DNA from: Tubulanus polymorphus
Lineage: Eukaryota; Animalia; Nemertea
Assembly (NCBI RefSeq): GCF_964204645.1
Contig: NW_027437476.1
Span: 1-60,000 of the forward strand
Length of the DNA: 60,000 nt
Reading direction: 5' to 3'
Shown here: in pieces, positions 55,741 to 60,000 of the stretch
Layout of the letters: every line of letters begins with the position of its first letter
How positions within the stretch are numbered: the first letter of the stretch is position 1
Program-made: the position numbers and the translations under genes
Notes under the pieces: model-generated
Seen by the model: only the letters and a program-made list of their open reading frames with translations
Told to the model about the DNA's origin: nothing
Databases searched by the model: none

Positions 55741-58700
55741 GTTTAGATTACTTAGCGCTTAATGATAATCATTTATTCGTTCTATTATTTGATATATACG
55801 ATCTATCGCTACTAGTTTATAGAAGCTTCATCGGGTCGCTTCTTTAGACTAGCAGAAAAAACTCGTACTTGCCAAATAGATAAAGAAAACCCTCAAAGTG
55901 CTGCCTGTCAATTCAATAGATATTGAGTTAAGACTTAATTTTGAAATATGTTTAAGCGATTTCTATAGAAAAACAAATCAATTTGCTTGTCTCGAATTTG
56001 ACAGATAAATTTGAGTGAAAAAATGTTTTCCACTTTGTACTAAGTTCGATTTGCAGATTATCGAATTTCGACATTAACCGTTGCATCTTAATATCCGACT
56101 TTAAGAGGACCTATCTCGCGATATTGTCCAAAGATTTGACGTCTCCGGGGTCCTGGGATTAAATCCTTGCCTCGGCCGGTGTAAGTTTCATAGTCTAGTA
56201 TTCTAACTGGTGTGATAAGAAATTCTGGTCCACGGTGACATTCAGGTTTCTGTTTCGCTGATAGGAAGTTTATTGGGCGCCAGAGTCTTACATTAGGTGT
56301 ACTGATAATCTTGTCTTTGATTTTTTAGATGAACAGTTATTTGTGTATTTAATTCCTAATCTGAACATTTCTTACTAGTACATTGAAACTCAGTCATTCG
56401 TTATCATATTCCGACAATGGGGCTGATTTGACATTTCATAGGATCACTGAAAACATACTATAATTAGAATTGCCTGTGCGAAAATTTCAACAAATAAGTT
56501 CCGTGATTGCCAGGAAAATGGGTTTAGTTTACTTAGCGCTTAATAATAAACATTATTCTTTCAATTAAGTGCTATACGATATTTTGAAATGATTAGAATG
56601 ATATAAAGTCTACATATATTTATAGGGAAAATTAAGAAGAAGCAAGCCGTTTTAACCAGAATAAATTGACCGAAATTGATTAACCAAAAGAATTGATTTT
56701 AAACACGTAGTACTCTGTAGGTAGTCTACATTTATTTGATATATACGATCTATCGCTACTAGTTTATAGAAGCTTCATCGGGTCGCTTCTTTAGACTAGC
56801 AGAAAAAACTCGTACTTGCCAAATAGATAAAGAAAACCCTCAAAGTGCTGCCTGTCAATTCAATAGATATTGAGTTAAGACTTAATTTTGAAATATGTTT
56901 AAGCGATTTCTATAGAAAAACAAATCAATTTGCTTGTCTCGAATTTGACAGATAAATTTGAGTGAAAAAATGTTTTCCACTTTGTACTAAGTTCGATTTG
57001 CAGATTATCGAATTTCGACATTAACTGTTGCATCTTAATATCCGACTTTAAGAGGACCTATCTCGCGATATTGTCCAAAGATTTGACGTCTCCGGGGTCC
57101 TGGGATTAAATCCTTGCCTCGGCCGGTGTAAGTTTCATAGTCTAGTATTCTAACTGGTGAGATAAGAAATTCTGGTCCACAGTGACATTCAGGTTTCTGT
57201 TTCGCTGATAGGAAGTTTATTGGGCGCCAGAGTCTTACATTAGGTGTACTGATAATCTTGTCTTTGATTTTTTAGATGAACAGTTATTTGTGTATTTAAT
57301 TCCTAATCTGAACATTTCTTACTAGTACATTGTAACTCAGTCATTCGTTATCATATTCCGACAATGGGGCTGATTTGACATTTCATAGAATCACTGAAAA
57401 CATACCATAATTAGAATTGTCTGTGCGAAAATTTCAACAAATAAGTTCCGTGATTGCCAGGAAAATAGGTTTAGATTAGTTAGCGCTTAATAATAAACAT
57501 TATTCGTTCAATTAAGTGCTATACGATATTTTGAAATGATTAGAATGATATAAAGTCTACATATATTTATAGGTAAAATTAAGAAGAAGCAAGCCGTTTT
57601 AACCAGAATAAATTGACCGAAATTCATTAACCAAAAGAATTGACGTTAAACAGGTAGTACTCTGTAGGTAGTCTACATTTATTTGATATATACGATCTAT
57701 CGCTACTAGTTTATAGAAGCTTCATCGGGTCGCTTCTTTAGACTAGCAGAAAAATCTCGTACTTGCCAAATAGATAAAGAAAACCCTCAGAGTGCTGCCT
57801 GTTTTATGTCAATTCAATAGATATTGAGTTAAGACTTTTTGAAATATGTTTAAGCGATTTATAGAAAAACAAATGAATTTGCTTGTCTCGAATTTGACAG
57901 AGAAATTAGAGTGAAAAAATGTTTTCCTCTTTGTACTAAGTTCGATTTGCAGAATATCGAATTTCGACAATAACCGTTGCGTCTTAAAGTGACTTTAAGA
58001 GGACTTATCTCGCGATACTGCCCAAAGATCTTACATTAGGTGTACTGATAATCTTGTCTTAGATTTTTTCAGATGAACAGTTATTTGTGTATTTTAAATT
58101 CTTAATTTGAATTTTTCTTACTAGTACATTGTAACTCAAGTCATTTGTTATCATATTCCGACATGGGCTGATTTGAAATTTCATAGAATTTCTGAAAATA
58201 TACTATAAATAGAATTGACTGTGCGGCAATTTCAACAAATTAATGCCGTGGTTGTTAGGAAAAAATGATATTGGTGGAAGCTTCATCTAAATAAAGTAAA
58301 TCTTCAGAGAACTACCAGTTTTACCTCCATTCAAGTAAAATAAGTAGAAACTTACTAGATTTTAGTTACGTACTTAATTCTCCCCTTAATAAGCTGCGTT
58401 CGAATTTGATGGATACACGGTGAATCCGCTATTTTCTATCGAACCATAATCATCCGCAAAAAATCATCATGTTTAATGCCTGCATCATGTTTTATAACAT
58501 TTATCATTTCTCTCATTCCGCCGTCATTAGTAGACGGCCTTCTTATAATTATTTTGTTGAATAATGTGAGACCCGTTTGTATAACTTGGATGAGTAAATT
58601 AAATTAACACAACATTTCAATAATTCCGTGTATAGGAAACTGAAAACATATTTTGTAACCACGATAAATTGCACAGTTGCAATGTTTTATGTATAGTTGA

Positions 58701-60000
58701 GTCAATTTCTATATTTTGTACACGTTAATTTGATCCCGTATGTACATGTCTTTTATTCTGTCCAGCATTATGCAGTTGTTATATACTATTGTATCTGTTA
58801 ATAAAGCCAATGAGAGTGAGAGTATTTTTCTAATCTATGCCATAATCATAATGCATTCAGATTATATATACGGTGACACTTTTCCATGTATATGAACTTG
58901 TTGTTAATTTTGTATGATCTTTTTACACCTGGTGTGTACATATTTTATGAAATAAAGACTTATTACGATAACCACTTTCGTTGTAAATATTCAGCGTTGT
59001 TAGATACAACGCGTGTTTAAAAGTCATGTGTTCATCAATAAATATTATGAATATCAAGAATTATGTAAAATTAATCGAACATTTGCGCTTATCAAATTGA
59101 TAGAAATTTCTAATGGTCAATAAATACATTTTTGATACACGTTGAATACTCTCAAATTATCATTGATGTTTGAACATATGCGATTTCGCACATATTGCAG
59201 TGACATTCCTCATCTTATCGTCAAAACGGATTTCTTCAAGAGGCACTCTTTTCACCATCAAGATTGGGATTAACGCTTATTCGAGGAGCTTATCGATTCA
59301 CCGCCAAAATTACGATTTCACGCTTGGGTGCCCCTAGTTTTAGTGCCAAAACAACGATTTCACACTTTTTTGAGGGACGGCCCTCGTTTTAGTGCAATAA
59401 CAGTGATTTCCCACTTTTTGGAGGGACGCCCCTTGTTTTAGTGCAATAACAGTCATTTCACACTTTTTTGGGGGACGCTCCTTGTTTTAGTGCCAAAACC
59501 GTGATTTCCCACTTTTTGGAGGGACGCCCCTCGTTTTAGGGCAATAACAGTCATTTCACACTTTTTTGAGGGACGCTCCTCGTTTTAGTGCCAAAACCGT
59601 GATTTCCCACTTTTTTGAGGGACGCCCCTCGTTTTAGTGCCAAAGCTGTAGTTTCCCACTTTTTGAGGGACGCTCCTCGTTTTAGTGCCAAAGCCGTAAT
59701 TTCCCACTTTTTGAGGGACGTTCCTCGTTTTAGTGTTAAAACCGTGATTTCCCACTTTTTTGAGGGACGCTCCTCGTTTTAGTGCCAAAACCGTAATTTC
59801 CCACTTTTTGAGGGACGCTCCTCGTTTTAGTGTTAAAACCGCGATTTCCCACTTTTTTGAGGGACGCCCCTCGTTTTAGTGCCAAAACCGTGATTTCCCA
59901 CTTTTTTGAGGGACGATCCTCGTTTTAGTGCCAAAGCCGTAATTTCCCACTTTTTGAGGAACGATCCTCGTTTTAGTGTTAAAACCGCGATTTCCCACTT
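55741..60000 (-). repeat. Right compound terminal inverted repeat (runs off the window)
   Basis: ~2.7 inverted 947 bp units (marker at 55822, 56769, 57716), inverted unique segment (~58250-59335) and inverted 48-49 bp array (~59335-60000). Confidence 0.92.

Larger units (their letters stand above)
3110..60000. mobile_element. Giant (>=57 kb) TIR-bounded DNA transposon-like element carrying a DDD transposase, a ParB/Srx-like gene and a SET8-like gene
   Basis: ~3.1-9.1 kb is mirrored as reverse complement at 55741-60000+. The transposase-like gene ends ~1.2 kb inside the left repeat and the ParB-like gene ends 14 bp from the right repeat. Right end lies beyond the window, so no TSD is visible. 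Confidence 0.75.

Noticed and set aside
3110-60000. Polinton/Maverick or endogenous virus
   Set aside because: No pPolB, retroviral-type integrase, packaging ATPase, protease or capsid ORFs; genes are intron-rich.

Overview
AT-rich, intron-containing eukaryotic (probably invertebrate animal) DNA. Almost the whole window (~3.1 kb to beyond 60 kb) appears to be one giant DNA transposon-like element. It is bounded by multi-kb compound terminal inverted repeats: an outer 48-49 bp palindromic tandem array, a ~1.1 kb unique segment and an inner ~945 bp tandem array. Between them lie three spliced genes: (1) a minus-strand DDD transposase-like gene (Sola1/DUF7869-like by motif recall) with a long acidic N-terminus built partly from duplicated exons; (2) a plus-strand ParB/Srx-like + coiled-coil + Tudor/PWWP-like gene ending right at the right TIR; (3) a two-exon winged-helix-like + SET8/KMT5A-like methyltransferase gene, probably antisense in the first intron of gene 2. 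The interior carries many secondary insertions: an apparently intact DD35D pogo transposon nested in a Merlin-like MITE nested in a Kolobok-like element, a Helitron, several MITEs and Penelope-type hammerhead ribozyme motifs. The right terminus is outside the window, so the true ends and TSD cannot be confirmed. All family assignments come from manual translation and motif recognition, not database searches.
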